The notes: generated from the letters alone by a model not told the origin. A DNA stretch of 64,000 nt from an uncultured bacterium (GCA_965603635.1 CBFDDT010000002.1:6154-70153); one strand, 5' to 3'; positions 27,501 to 37,103 are shown, counted from the stretch's first letter. Numbers and translations are program-made.

Positions 27501-27748
27501 GCCCCTTCCATGCTCGCCAAGCCCTCAAGTCCCTTGAGCGCATCTTCCTGCGGGTTGAGGATTTCGCGCTCAACCTCCGCCGGGGCGGCGCCCGGCCAGT
27601 TGGTGGAAATCCGGATGACCGGGCGGCTGACATCGGGCGCCAACTGGATCGGGATGGTCTTCAGCGCCACCAGCCCGAACAGCACCGCCATAATGACCGC
27701 GGCCATGACCGCCGTCGGCCGGTGAATGGAATGGCGAATCAGATTCAT
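24548..27748 (-). CDS. RND efflux transporter permease (AcrB/HAE family)
   Basis: 1066 aa with a 12-TM architecture and two large periplasmic loops. Conserved RND blocks are present (AIPVSVVASF, GIAFAVGMVVDAAIVVLENI). Confidence 0.95.
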   Translation of the reverse strand: MNLIRHSIHRPTAVMAAVIMAVLFGLVALKTIPIQLAPDVSRPVIRISTNWPGAAPAEVEREILNPQEDALKGLEGLASMEGAAQDGRARVTLEFSVDQDMDKALLLVANRLDRVTGYPDEAGEPILDTAGSEDNPIAWFRIVLAEDNQRSIHTYGKIAEDIIQERLERVPGVGGVNIYGGSKQEMRVIVDPARMAQFGLTVSTVIDRLRAANASISGGDVEEGKRRYIVRTEGQFATPEHVAAVVLRAGQDPETGRVARVTVGDIGDVEFGYAKPTATIRANGRPAMGMSVTREIGANVIETMDGIRAAVDELNAGPLPAVGLQIEQVYDETYYINSAIDLVVQNIWIGGLLAVAILLLFLRSGRATLVIALAIPVSVVASFVAMAMLGRSLNVVSLAGIAFAVGMVVDAAIVVLENIYRLRQQGRPAVKAAYEGARQVWGAILVSALTTVMVFIPIMVMKLEVGQLFRDIAVAISVAVVLSLIVSVTVIPALAQRLLRNSVSEPGAGPGLPVIDHFARAFMAALLGLTRAVVRFKLLALFIVGLVTSVTAAGTWYFVPPLEYLPEGNRNFVFGFILPPPGYNLETTSGIAQRVEDAVRPHWASETGRESAEGEPPKMEAFFFVALRSRTIMGASSVDSLRTKELIPVIRQPVFSEPGTFAVVRQPSIFGRGIGGTRSVDLDVVGGDLETILGVAQRTFGMVSTAMPREAGNQVRPRPGLELGAPEIRVLPDPLRLADNGVSARELGLTIDAFNDGLRVAEITVGGERINLMLMGPEDNVTETQGIATLPVVTRTGAILPASSLADVVVTAGPTEIRHMERSRTVTLQVTPAPEVALSDALNVLQTEVIDPLYEEGLPPGVKLRMSGTADKLAATWGEMQLDLLIALAIVYLVMAVLFESFVYPLIIVLSVPLATAGGVMGLRILGLYHFQALDMLTLLGFVILIGIVVNNAILLVHQTLYQIREEGLAYGDSIVEATRSRVRPIFMSTLTSVFGMLPLVMFPGAGSEIYRGLGSVVVGGLSLSALLTLTIIPSLLSLFLGVLEGQRSRVSDNKDGPVDLRKAAE

Positions 27749-27783
27749 GGAGGCCTCTACCCGTCCCCGCCGGGCATGCCATC

Positions 27784-27976
27784 ATACCAAGGCTCGTTGA
27801 TAATGACCCATTTGATGGCACGCGGCGACCCGCCGCGCGCCACCGAAGGCCGGTTTCCCTTGACCGCTCGCGGCGTTGCGGCCTGCTTGTGGCACGCGGC
27901 GCCACGGCGCGAACCGCGCCTGACGAGCGAACAAGGAAAACCGGTCAAATGAGTCATTATCAATGAGCCTTGGTAT
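27784..27976. repeat. 193-bp element bounded by 32-bp inverted repeats (30/32 match) between the RND adaptor and pump genes; MITE-like or a long mRNA stem
   Basis: The left arm is 27784-27815 (ATACCAAGGCTCGTTGATAATGACCCATTTGA). The reverse complement of the right arm 27945-27976 is ATACCAAGGCTCATTGATAATGACTCATTTGA. The spacer is 129 nt and GC-rich, and contains a 12-nt direct repeat, TGGCACGCGGCG, at 27816 and 27890. Confidence 0.8.
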
Positions 27977-29084
27977 TGTAGGTCACGTCCTGGCCCGGCC
28001 GCAGCCGTTCATTGCCGCGGGTCACGACAAGGTCGCCGGCAATCAGGCCGGACAGCACCTCGGTGCGTATGCCGGCGGCCTCGCCCAACTCGACTTGTTT
28101 GAGTTGGGCCTTGCCTTCCTCGACCGCATAAACGATGTAACCCGCGCCACGCGCAATCACCGCATCCTTGTGAACAGACACGATATCGCGCGGCTCGCCC
28201 ATCGGCAGCAGCACGGTGACACTCTGGTCCGTGGCGAACCGTGGGGGCAGGTCGCCGGCGAGTTGCGGCGTGAAGCGCACTGGGCGCGTGCGCGTCAGGG
28301 CGTTCTCGGTGGGAATGACGCTGCGGACCACGGCCATCACGTTGCGGCCAGTATCCAGCGTCGCCCTGATGGCGCGGCCCGGGGCCAGCCCCGCCAGCCG
28401 CCCGGCCGGCACATCGGCCTCGATTTCCATATCCTCGTCATTGACCAGACTGACGACAGATGCGCCAGTAGTAATATAGGCGCCGGCAACCGCCTGGCGC
28501 GCGACCACGACGCCATTGTATGGCGCCTTGATCTCGGCGCGCTTCATATCCAGCTCGGAAAGTTCCAGGTTTGCCTTGGCGCGGGCCACCGACGCGTTCG
28601 CCTCGGCCACGCTGCTCTGGTAGCGGGCGACCTCGGCGCGTTTGTCCTCGTAGCTGGCCTGACTGAAGGCCGCCGATTTTTTCAGACTCTCGATGCGCGC
28701 AAGTTCCTGTTTGGCTAGCCGCAACTGGGCCCGTGCCGAACCCAGCCTGGCCTTCTTCTCGCTTAGTTCCGCTTCGCGCAGATTGCGATTTCCTACCGTA
28801 ATATCCGTCGACAAACGCACCAGCACATCGCCCTTGGCAACCCGATCACCAACATCGACGAGGATCTCCTCCACCGGGCCGCTGACCAGCGCCGCCACCG
28901 GCCCCGCCTGGCGCGCCACGAAGCGGCCGATAACCGGCATGGTCTGACGCAGCGGTTCCTCGATGACGGCGTCGACCTCGACCTGGGCCGCCCGGCCCTG
29001 GGCGACGGTCGGGGCGGCATGCAGCAGAACGAGCGCCGCCAGGACGGCGCCGGTGAACGCTGTCCGACAATTCACCACGCGCAT
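27960..29084 (-). CDS. RND efflux periplasmic adaptor (membrane fusion protein, HlyD family)
   Basis: 374 aa with a signal peptide (AVLAALVLLHAAPTVAQG), lipoyl/coiled-coil/beta-barrel regions, and a position upstream of the RND pump. Confidence 0.9.
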   Translation of the reverse strand: MRVVNCRTAFTGAVLAALVLLHAAPTVAQGRAAQVEVDAVIEEPLRQTMPVIGRFVARQAGPVAALVSGPVEEILVDVGDRVAKGDVLVRLSTDITVGNRNLREAELSEKKARLGSARAQLRLAKQELARIESLKKSAAFSQASYEDKRAEVARYQSSVAEANASVARAKANLELSELDMKRAEIKAPYNGVVVARQAVAGAYITTGASVVSLVNDEDMEIEADVPAGRLAGLAPGRAIRATLDTGRNVMAVVRSVIPTENALTRTRPVRFTPQLAGDLPPRFATDQSVTVLLPMGEPRDIVSVHKDAVIARGAGYIVYAVEEGKAQLKQVELGEAAGIRTEVLSGLIAGDLVVTRGNERLRPGQDVTYNTKAH

Positions 29085-29244
29085 GGCGCAATCCTTTCAC
29101 TCAATTTCGGCCGTCCTGCCCGCCCGGGACGGTACCATGGAGTTTACATTGTAATTCGGCGGTTTCAAACAGGCTCGACGGGGGTGGCCGAAAATAGCCG
29201 TGGGCTGCTATGGTTGGATTCCCAGAAGCCAAGGCAATAATGCG

Positions 29245-30174
29245 ATGACGACGATCCTTTATTCACACCCGATATGCATCGAACATGACATGGGCCCGGG
29301 CCATCCCGAAAGCCCGGACAGGCTGCGCGCGGTCATGGAGGCCCTGAAGGCGGACGCCTTCGACGGGCTGGACCGCCGCGAGGCGCCAAAGGCCGAACTG
29401 GACCAGGTCGCGCGGGTGCATCCGGGCGACTATGTCGATCAAATCCTGGCGGCCATACCGGAGTCGGGGCGCGTGCAACTGGACCCGGACACTTCCGTCT
29501 GCCCGGCTTCCGGCGAGGCGGGGCTTCGGGCATCGGGCGCGGTCTGCGCGGCGGTCGATGCGGTGATGGCGGGCGAGGCCGACAACGCCTTCTGCGCGGT
29601 GCGCCCGCCCGGCCATCACGCGGAACCGGGTCGGCCCATGGGGTTCTGCTTTTTCAACAATGTCGCCGTGGGCGCCATGCAGGCGCGTGAGGTTCATGGG
29701 GTGACGCGCATCGCCGTGGTCGATTTCGACGTGCATCACGGCAACGGCACGCAGGCGATGTTCTGGGACGACGAAAACCTGTTCTTCGGCTCGTCGCACC
29801 AGTCGCCCTTTTATCCGGGCACCGGCAGCGCGGCGGAGCAGGGCGTTGCCGGCAACATCGTCAACGCGCCGCTGGCCGCCGGTTCGGGCAGCGTTGAGTT
29901 CCGCGAGGCCTGGGAGGGGATCATTCTGGCGGGGTTGGCCGAGTTCAAGCCGGAGTTCCTGTTGATTTCGGCGGGTTTCGATGCCCATGAGGCGGACCCG
30001 CTGGCCCAACTGCGGCTGAGCGAAGATGATTATGTCTGGGTCACGCGCAGGCTGATGAAAATCGCCGACGAGCATTGCGGAGGGCGCATCGTCTCGACGC
30101 TGGAGGGCGGCTACGATCTGGGTGCGCTGGCCCGCTCGGCGGCCGTTCATGTGAAGACGCTGATGCAGGTCTGA
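29245..30174 (+). CDS. Histone deacetylase-family amidohydrolase (acetoin-utilisation/acetylpolyamine type)
   Basis: Start ATG at 29245 (MTTILYSHP). Contains GHPESPDRL, RPPGHHAEP, DFDVHHGNGTQ and LEGGY. Confidence 0.85.
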   Translation: MTTILYSHPICIEHDMGPGHPESPDRLRAVMEALKADAFDGLDRREAPKAELDQVARVHPGDYVDQILAAIPESGRVQLDPDTSVCPASGEAGLRASGAVCAAVDAVMAGEADNAFCAVRPPGHHAEPGRPMGFCFFNNVAVGAMQAREVHGVTRIAVVDFDVHHGNGTQAMFWDDENLFFGSSHQSPFYPGTGSAAEQGVAGNIVNAPLAAGSGSVEFREAWEGIILAGLAEFKPEFLLISAGFDAHEADPLAQLRLSEDDYVWVTRRLMKIADEHCGGRIVSTLEGGYDLGALARSAAVHVKTLMQV

Positions 30175-30255
30175 TTGCGCCGGGCGTTTTTCGGCAAACC
30201 GGGCTTGGCCTTGCGCCCGTGGGGAAGTACACTCCGGCCTGTCACAGGAGGACCC

Positions 30256-30504
30256 ATGACAGACGCTAAAATACCCGACGATATAGGCAAGATGAAGTTT
30301 GAGGATGCCCTCGCCGAGCTTGAGGGTATCGTCAAGGAGCTAGAGGATGGCAAGGTCGAGCTGGACGGCGCGATCGAAAAATATGAACGCGGCGCCGCGC
30401 TGAAAAAGCATTGCGAGGCCAAGCTGACCGAGGCCCAGGCGCGAATCGAAAAAATCACGCAAAATGCCGGCGGCATCGCCGCGGAACCCGCGAACCTGGA
30501 CTGA
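30256..30504 (+). CDS. xseB: Exodeoxyribonuclease VII small subunit
   Basis: Start ATG at 30256. FEDALAELEGIVKELEDGKVELDGAIEKYERGAALKKHCEAKL is the typical XseB sequence. It sits in the conserved xseB-ispA-dxs order. Confidence 0.85.
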   Translation: MTDAKIPDDIGKMKFEDALAELEGIVKELEDGKVELDGAIEKYERGAALKKHCEAKLTEAQARIEKITQNAGGIAAEPANLD

Positions 30505-30510
30505 TTTCCC

Positions 30511-31398
30511 ATGGATGCATTACAGCAGGCGATGGCGAGTACGGCCATCGATGTCGAGGCCACCTTGCAAAAGGTGATGGCGTCGGAAGACGAGCCGGAA
30601 CGCCGGCTGTTCGACGCCATGCGCTATGCGGCGCTGGGCGGCGGGAAACGCCTGCGGCCCTTCCTGGTTCTGCAGGGGGCCGGGCTGTTTTCGGTCAGCC
30701 GGAAATCGGCGCTGCGCGCGGCCGCCGCGATCGAGCTGATCCATTGCTATTCGCTGGTTCATGACGATCTGCCGGCGATGGACGACGATGATTTACGGCG
30801 CGGCAAACCGACGGTGCACAAGGCCTTCGACGAGGCCACCGCGATTCTGGCCGGCGACGCGCTGCTGACGTTGGCCTTCGAGGTTCTGGCCCATCCCGAC
30901 ACCCATTCCAACCCGGACGTACGCTGCAGACTGGTTGCCGCGCTGGCCCGCGCCGCCGGGGCGCATGGCATGGTGGCCGGGCAGATGATCGACCTTTCGG
31001 TCGGCGCGCGTGAGGTGGATATTGGCGAGATCACGCGCCTGCAGCGGCTGAAAACCGGAGCGCTGATCGGTTTTGCCTGCGAGGCTGGCGCCATCCTGGG
31101 CCAGGCCGCCGAGGCCCAGCATGAGGCCCTGCGCGGCTATGCCCATGATCTGGGGCTGGCCTTCCAGATTGCCGACGATTTGCTGGATGTAGAAGGCACG
31201 GCGGAGGAAGTAGGCAAGGCCGTGGGCAAGGATGCGGATCAGGGCAAGGCGACCTTCGTGTCGATCCTGGGACCCGAGCGCGCCCGCGCCCAGGCGCATA
31301 TGCTGGTCCAACAGGCGGTCGCCCATCTTGCAATTTTCGACGAAAAGGCGGATTTTCTCCGCAAAGTCACACAATATATTGTCGAACGCCGTTCGTGA
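30511..31398 (+). CDS. ispA: Farnesyl/geranyl diphosphate synthase (polyprenyl synthetase)
   Basis: Two Asp-rich motifs, LVHDDLPAMDDDDLRRG and FQIADDLLD. Confidence 0.9.
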   Translation: MDALQQAMASTAIDVEATLQKVMASEDEPERRLFDAMRYAALGGGKRLRPFLVLQGAGLFSVSRKSALRAAAAIELIHCYSLVHDDLPAMDDDDLRRGKPTVHKAFDEATAILAGDALLTLAFEVLAHPDTHSNPDVRCRLVAALARAAGAHGMVAGQMIDLSVGAREVDIGEITRLQRLKTGALIGFACEAGAILGQAAEAQHEALRGYAHDLGLAFQIADDLLDVEGTAEEVGKAVGKDADQGKATFVSILGPERARAQAHMLVQQAVAHLAIFDEKADFLRKVTQYIVERRS

Positions 31399-31436
31399 GC
31401 TAACTTTTGGGCGGGACCGGACCCGCGGAGACTGAT

Positions 31437-33365
31437 TTGAGCGATAACGAAAAATCCAAGACGCCGCTGCTGGACACGGTGCAAACACCCGCGGACCTGC
31501 GTAATCTGCCGGAACGCCAGATTCGCGAATTCGCCGACGAATTGCGTGCGGAGATGATCCATGCGGTCTCGGTGACCGGCGGCCATCTGGGCGCGGGGCT
31601 GGGCGTGGTGGAGCTGACCACGGCGCTGCATTATGTTTTCGACACGCCGCGCGACGTGCTGATCTGGGATGTCGGCCATCAATGCTATCCGCACAAGATC
31701 CTGACCGGGCGGCGCGACCGCATCCGCACATTGCGCCAGGGCGGCGGCCTTTCGGGCTTCACCAAGCGTTCGGAAAGCGAATATGACGCGTTCGGGGCGG
31801 GGCACAGCTCCACCTCGATCTCGGCCGGGCTGGGATTTGCCGTGGCGCGCGATCTCGCCGGCGGAGACAACAACGTCATCGCGGTGATCGGCGACGGCTC
31901 GATGAGCGCCGGCATGGCCTATGAGGCGATGAACAATGCGGGCTCAATGGACAGCCGGCTGATCGTCATCCTGAACGACAACGACATGTCGATCGCCCCG
32001 CCGGTGGGCGCGATGAGCGCCTATCTGTCGCGGCTGATCTCGTCGAAATCATACGTCTCGCTGCGCAACCTGGCGAAGTCCGTGGTCGAGCATTTCCCGC
32101 GCCCCCTGGAAACCGCGGCCAAGCGGGCCGAGGAATATGCCCGCGGCATGGTGACCGGCGGCACATTGTTCGAGGAGCTGGGCTTCTATTATGTCGGGCC
32201 GATCGACGGCCATAACCTGGACCATCTGCTGCCGGTGTTGAAGAACGTCCGGGACTCTAAGGAAGATGGGCCGGTGCTGATCCATGTGGTGACGCAGAAG
32301 GGCAAGGGCTACAAGCCGGCCGAGGAATCGGACGATAAATATCACGGCGTCTCGAAATTCGATGTGGTGACCGGCGCCCAGGTCAAGGGCCAGGCGAACG
32401 CGCCCAGCTATACCAGCGTCTTCGCCAAGGGCCTGATCCGCGAGGCCGAGGAAGACGACAAGATCGTCGGGATCACCGCGGCCATGCCGTCTGGCACCGG
32501 GTTGGATTTTTTCATGGGACGCTTCCCCGAACGCTGTTTCGACGTGGGCATCGCCGAGCAGCATGGGGTGACCTTCGCGGCGGGGCTGGCCGCCGCCGGC
32601 TACAAGCCCTTCGTGGCGATCTATTCGACATTCCTGCAGCGCGGCTACGACCAGGTGGTCCATGACGTGGCGGTGCAGAAATTGCCCGTGCGTTTCGCCA
32701 TCGACCGGGCCGGGCTGGTGGGCGCGGACGGCGCCACCCATGCCGGCGCCTTCGACCTCGCCTACTTGTGCTGCCTGCCTGACTTCGTGGTGATGGCGGC
32801 GGCCGACGAGGCGGAACTGATGCATATGGTGGCCACCGCGGCCAGCATCGACGACCGGCCCTGCGCCTTCCGCTATCCACGCGGCGAGGGCGTGGGCGTC
32901 GATCTGCCGGAACGCGGCGAGGTGCTGGAGATCGGCAAGGGCCGGGTGCTGCGCGAGGGCTCAACCGTCGCGATCCTCAGCTTCGGCACGCGATTGCAGG
33001 AATCCCTGAAGGCCGCCGACGATCTGGCGGCGCGGGGGCTGTCGGTAACGGTGGCCGACGCGCGCTTCGCCAAGCCGCTGGACGAGGAATTGCTGCGCCG
33101 GCTGGCGCGCGGCCATGAGGTATTGATCACCATCGAGGAAGGCTCCAGCGGCGGTTTCTCGGCCCAGGTGCTGCAGTTCCTGGCCGCCAACGACCTGACC
33201 GACAACCTGAAAATCCGCCCGCTGACCCTGCCGGACGTCTTCCAGGACCACGACAAACCCGAGAAGCAATACGAAGACGCGGGTCTGACCGCGGCGGGAA
33301 TCGTGGAAACCGCGCTAACGGCGCTGGGGAAATCGGCCAGCGCGACCAGCCCGAAACGGGCGTAG
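31437..33365 (+). CDS. dxs: 1-deoxy-D-xylulose-5-phosphate synthase
   Basis: I favour the TTG at 31437, which has GGAG 6 nt upstream; the track ORF opens at TTG 31407. Contains [18 protein letters not shown] and the TPP motif [19 protein letters not shown], plus transketolase C-terminal domains. Confidence 0.9.
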   Translation: MSDNEKSKTPLLDTVQTPADLRNLPERQIREFADELRAEMIHAVSVTGGHLGAGLGVVELTTALHYVFDTPRDVLIWDVGHQCYPHKILTGRRDRIRTLRQGGGLSGFTKRSESEYDAFGAGHSSTSISAGLGFAVARDLAGGDNNVIAVIGDGSMSAGMAYEAMNNAGSMDSRLIVILNDNDMSIAPPVGAMSAYLSRLISSKSYVSLRNLAKSVVEHFPRPLETAAKRAEEYARGMVTGGTLFEELGFYYVGPIDGHNLDHLLPVLKNVRDSKEDGPVLIHVVTQKGKGYKPAEESDDKYHGVSKFDVVTGAQVKGQANAPSYTSVFAKGLIREAEEDDKIVGITAAMPSGTGLDFFMGRFPERCFDVGIAEQHGVTFAAGLAAAGYKPFVAIYSTFLQRGYDQVVHDVAVQKLPVRFAIDRAGLVGADGATHAGAFDLAYLCCLPDFVVMAAADEAELMHMVATAASIDDRPCAFRYPRGEGVGVDLPERGEVLEIGKGRVLREGSTVAILSFGTRLQESLKAADDLAARGLSVTVADARFAKPLDEELLRRLARGHEVLITIEEGSSGGFSAQVLQFLAANDLTDNLKIRPLTLPDVFQDHDKPEKQYEDAGLTAAGIVETALTALGKSASATSPKRA

Positions 33366-33530
33366 TGGCGCCTTGTCTTCATAACGCTTGACCCTGTCGG
33401 CACTGTTAGTACACTTCTTTTTTTCCGGTTAAACCCCGCTTTAATGGGATGACGGAGACGGTGGCGCCTGCTTGTCCGGCCGACGCCCCGCCAAATAAAA
33501 CAACGACAACAGGAACAGGGAACAAAGATC

Positions 33531-34703
33531 ATGGCTAAATTTACAAGACGCACGGCAATCAAATCCGCGCTCGCGGCGGGCGCCGCGGCCGGCGTATCCT
33601 CGCTGGGCTTCCCGGCGATCGCGGCCAAAAAGCCGATCAAGGTCGGCGCGGTGCAGCCGTTCAGCGGCGGGCTGGAGCTTTATGGCAACCAGGCCAAACT
33701 GGGGCTGGACCTGGCGGTAAAGGAAATCAACGCGGCTGGCGGCATCATGGGAAGCCCGGTCGAGATCATTTATGAGGACAACAAGACCGATCCCAAGGCC
33801 TCGGTCGAGCGGTCGAACAAGCTGATTCAGAGCGACGAGGTCATCGCGGTCTCCGGGCCGATCACGTCCAACGCGCGCGACGCAATGGCGCCCACCTTCA
33901 AGCGCAACAAGACGCCGCTGCTGTACGCCACCAATTACGAGGGCGGCGCCTGCGACCGCTATATCTTCGGCTTCAACACCGTGCCGAACCAGGAACTGGC
34001 GAAGCTGTTGCCGCATATGAACAAGGCATTCGGCGACAGTTATTACCTGTTCGGCACCGATTACGTCTGGCCGCAGAAGATGTTCGAGACGACGGAGAAG
34101 ATCGTCGGCGGGCTGGGCGGCAAGGTCGCCGGCAAGGAGTTCACGCCCTGGGCGGTGAAGGAATTCACCCCGGTGATCCGCCGCATCGCCGACAGCGGCG
34201 CCAAGGTTCTGGTGCTGGCGGTGCCCGGCGACAGCATCACCTTTATCAAGCAGGCCGAGGGCTTCGGGCTGCTGAAGGACGTGACGGTGGCATTCCTGGG
34301 GTTCTCGGAGGCCTATCTCGGCGCGTTTGGCGAGGGCGGCGGCCAGAACATGTGGGTGACGGTGCCGCTGATTTCAGGCAGCGACGAGCCCGGCGTCAAG
34401 GATTTCGCGGCCCGCATCCGCAAGAATGCCGGCGACGACGTGGTGATCTCGCATTATGTAATGACCCACTATAATTCGATGATGGCGATGAAGGCGGCGC
34501 TGGAAAAGACCGGCAAGGTGGACCGCGAATCCTTGGTCGACGGGCTGGAGGGTCTGACCATCGCGAGCCCGACCGGCGATATTTCCATCGGCGCCAAGGA
34601 TCATCACGTCACCATGAACATGTATCTCGCCAAGACCGAGGGCGCCGGCCTGAAAACCGTCGAAGCACTGGGCGCCCTGGCCCCGGAGGCGGGCTGCGGC
34701 TGA
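33531..34703 (+). CDS. ABC transporter substrate-binding protein (branched-chain amino acid/amide/urea type periplasmic binding fold)
   Basis: 390 aa with a Tat/Sec-type signal (TRRTAIKSALAAGAAAGVSSLGFPAIAA). KVGAVQPFSGGLELYGNQAKLGLDLAVKEINAAGG is typical of Peripla_BP_5/6 proteins. Confidence 0.85.
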   Translation: MAKFTRRTAIKSALAAGAAAGVSSLGFPAIAAKKPIKVGAVQPFSGGLELYGNQAKLGLDLAVKEINAAGGIMGSPVEIIYEDNKTDPKASVERSNKLIQSDEVIAVSGPITSNARDAMAPTFKRNKTPLLYATNYEGGACDRYIFGFNTVPNQELAKLLPHMNKAFGDSYYLFGTDYVWPQKMFETTEKIVGGLGGKVAGKEFTPWAVKEFTPVIRRIADSGAKVLVLAVPGDSITFIKQAEGFGLLKDVTVAFLGFSEAYLGAFGEGGGQNMWVTVPLISGSDEPGVKDFAARIRKNAGDDVVISHYVMTHYNSMMAMKAALEKTGKVDRESLVDGLEGLTIASPTGDISIGAKDHHVTMNMYLAKTEGAGLKTVEALGALAPEAGCG

Positions 34704-34795
34704 TCGCCGGGCGGTGACGTATTACCCTCACTGCATCCCTCCTCCGTCACGGGGGAGGGACGCAATAGTGGCGCGCTACAATATGCGGAGCAGGC

Positions 34796-35548
34796 GTGAG
34801 CAGACTGCTTGAACTCGACAATGTCACCAAGCGCTTCGGCGGGATCGAGGCTGTGTCCGGGGTCAGTCTGGCGCTGGGCGAGGGTGAGTTGCTGTGCATC
34901 ATCGGGCCGAACGGCTGTGGCAAGACGACCCTGTTCAATCTGATTAGCGGCGCCTTTGCCCCGACATCCGGCGCCATGCGCTACGAGGGCCGGAATATCG
35001 CCGGGCTGGCGGCCTGGCGCGTGGCGCGGCTGGGGATCGGGCGCAAATTCCAGGTGCCGGGCATCTATCCGGAACTGACTGTGCGCCAGAATATCGACGT
35101 GCCGCTGTTCGCCAAGGCGGGCCGGCGCGGATTGCTGGGCCTGTTCGACCACGACGCGGCCGATACGGATTTCGGTGAATTCCTGGCGATGGTGCGCTTG
35201 GACGGCAAGGCGGACCGGCCCGCCGGCGAGTTGTCCCACGGCGAGAAACAATGGCTCGAAATTGGCATGGTTCTGGCCAGCCGGCCGCGCCTTATGCTGC
35301 TGGACGAGCCGACCGCCGGCATGACCATGGGCGAGACCGAGGCGACCGCCGACCTGCTCCTGGAAATCCACCGGCGCACCGGCATCGCCGCCATCGTGAT
35401 CGAGCATGACATGGGTTTCGTGCGGCGGCTGGGCTGTCCCATCGCGGTGATGATGCGCGGCGCCATCCTGTGCCGGGGCGGATACGAGGAAGTCAGCGCC
35501 AACCCGGAGGTGCGCGAGGCTTATCTGGGGGAACGCGCGCCATGCTGA
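34796..35548 (+). CDS. ABC transporter ATP-binding protein (LivG type)
   Basis: GTG start with a GGAGCAGG Shine-Dalgarno sequence. Walker A GPNGCGKTT, signature LSHGEKQWLEI, Walker B LMLLDEP. Confidence 0.9.
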   Translation: MSRLLELDNVTKRFGGIEAVSGVSLALGEGELLCIIGPNGCGKTTLFNLISGAFAPTSGAMRYEGRNIAGLAAWRVARLGIGRKFQVPGIYPELTVRQNIDVPLFAKAGRRGLLGLFDHDAADTDFGEFLAMVRLDGKADRPAGELSHGEKQWLEIGMVLASRPRLMLLDEPTAGMTMGETEATADLLLEIHRRTGIAAIVIEHDMGFVRRLGCPIAVMMRGAILCRGGYEEVSANPEVREAYLGERAPC

Positions 35549-36243
35549 CGCTGGAAGGCGTGACCGCGGGCTATGGCGGCGGCCAGGTGCTGCAGGGGAT
35601 CGATCTGGAACTGACGGCCGGAACGGTCACCGCCCTGCTGGGCCGTAACGGTATGGGCAAGACGACGCTGATGAAAACGATCATGGGGCTGCTGCGGCCG
35701 GACGCCGGGCGGATCCTGTTCGACGGGCGCGACCTGGCGGGGCGGAAGCCATACGAGATCGCTAACTCAGGCATTGGCTACGTGCCACAGGGGCGTGAGG
35801 TTTTTCCGGATTTCACCGTGGCCGAGAATCTGGCCATGGGCGTGCTGGGCAAGCCAGCGAACCGGCGCGACATTGCCGATGGGATATACGACTCCTTCCC
35901 GATCCTGAAGGAACGGCTGGACCAGAAGGCCGGCACCATGTCGGGCGGACAACAGCAACAGCTCGCCATCGCGCGGGCGCTGGCCGGCCGCCCGCGCCTG
36001 TTGTTGCTGGACGAGCCGTCGGAGGGCATCCAGCCCTCCATCGTGCGCGAGATCGCCGCCACCATGCGCGCCGTGGCGGAACGCGACGGGCTGACGGTGC
36101 TGGTGGTCGAGCAGAACGTGGAAATGGTGTTCGACATGGCGCGCGACTGCGCCTTCATCGAAAACGGCCGGGTCGCCGAACGCACGGATGTCGCGGCGCT
36201 GCGCCATGACGATGCGCCGCTGCATCGGTATTTGTCGGTGTAA
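35542..36243 (+). CDS. ABC transporter ATP-binding protein (LivF type)
   Basis: Start ATG at 35542, overlapping the previous stop by 7 nt. Walker A GRNGMGKTT, signature MSGGQQQQLAIARAL, Walker B LLLLDEPSEG. Confidence 0.9.
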   Translation: MLTLEGVTAGYGGGQVLQGIDLELTAGTVTALLGRNGMGKTTLMKTIMGLLRPDAGRILFDGRDLAGRKPYEIANSGIGYVPQGREVFPDFTVAENLAMGVLGKPANRRDIADGIYDSFPILKERLDQKAGTMSGGQQQQLAIARALAGRPRLLLLDEPSEGIQPSIVREIAATMRAVAERDGLTVLVVEQNVEMVFDMARDCAFIENGRVAERTDVAALRHDDAPLHRYLSV

Positions 36244-36245
36244 TA

Positions 36246-37103
36246 ATGGACCAGCTTCTCATCCTTGTACTCGACGCCAGCAACTTCATCCTTGCCATTG
36301 TGCTGGTGGCGATGGGACTGGTGATTATCTTCGGGCTGATGAACGTCATCAACATGGCCCATGGCGAGTTCTTCCTGTTGGGCGCCTATGCGGTCGTCAT
36401 GGTGGAATCGGCGGGCGGGCATTTCTGGCTGGGACTGCTGCTTGCCCCTGTTTTCGTCGGCCTCGTCGGGCTGGTGCTGGAAGAACTGGTGATCCGCCAT
36501 GTCTATCACCGGTTTCTCGATACCATCCTGGCCACCTGGGGGCTGTCGATCTTCATCAAGCAGGCGGTGGTGCTGATTTTCGGCCCGGCGGCGATGACCG
36601 TGACCACGCCGATCACGGCGACCGTGGAGATTTTCGGCTTCACCTATCCGGTTTATCGCCTGTTCATTATGGGCGCCTCCCTGGCGGTGATCGCCTTCAC
36701 CTTCTGGCTGTTCTTTCGCACGCGCTTCGGGTTGACGGCGCGCGGCGTTATCGCGAACCGGAACATGGCCGCCTGCCTGGGCGTGAACACCCGCCGGCTG
36801 GACCGCATGACCTTCGCCTTCGGCGCGGCGCTGGCCGGGCTGGCCGGCGCGGTGATGGCGCCGATCATGAGCGTCGATCCGCAGATGGGAATGGGCTTTC
36901 TGGTGCCGGCTTTCCTGGCGATTCTGGTAGGCGGGGCGGGGCTGGCAGGCGCCCTGGCGGGGGCCGCGGTCGTGGGTGGGGCCGACACCGTGGCGGCCAA
37001 CCTGTGGTCGCCGGTGGCGGCGCAGATTGTGGTGTTCTCGATGGCGATCGTGGCGATCCGCCTGTTCCCGCGCGGCATCGCCGGCGCGTGGCGCAAACGA
37101 TGA
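36246..37103 (+). CDS. Branched-chain-type ABC permease (LivH type)
   Basis: 285 aa polytopic protein with the BPD_transp_2 pattern (IFGLMNVINMAHGEFFLLGAY). Confidence 0.9.
   Translation: MDQLLILVLDASNFILAIVLVAMGLVIIFGLMNVINMAHGEFFLLGAYAVVMVESAGGHFWLGLLLAPVFVGLVGLVLEELVIRHVYHRFLDTILATWGLSIFIKQAVVLIFGPAAMTVTTPITATVEIFGFTYPVYRLFIMGASLAVIAFTFWLFFRTRFGLTARGVIANRNMAACLGVNTRRLDRMTFAFGAALAGLAGAVMAPIMSVDPQMGMGFLVPAFLAILVGGAGLAGALAGAAVVGGADTVAANLWSPVAAQIVVFSMAIVAIRLFPRGIAGAWRKR

Noticed and set aside
24860-27952. 1030-aa plus-strand ORF, the longest after the RND gene
   Set aside because: It lies entirely antisense to a clearly recognisable AcrB-type RND pump. The product is Arg/Gly/Asp/His-rich and low in complexity, with no recognisable domains. 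This is the typical stop-codon-poor shadow frame of GC-rich DNA.
27757-27963. 68-aa minus-strand ORF inside the adaptor/pump intergenic element
   Set aside because: It is contained within the inverted-repeat element. It starts inside one arm and has no Shine-Dalgarno sequence and no recognisable domain, so it is most likely non-coding.
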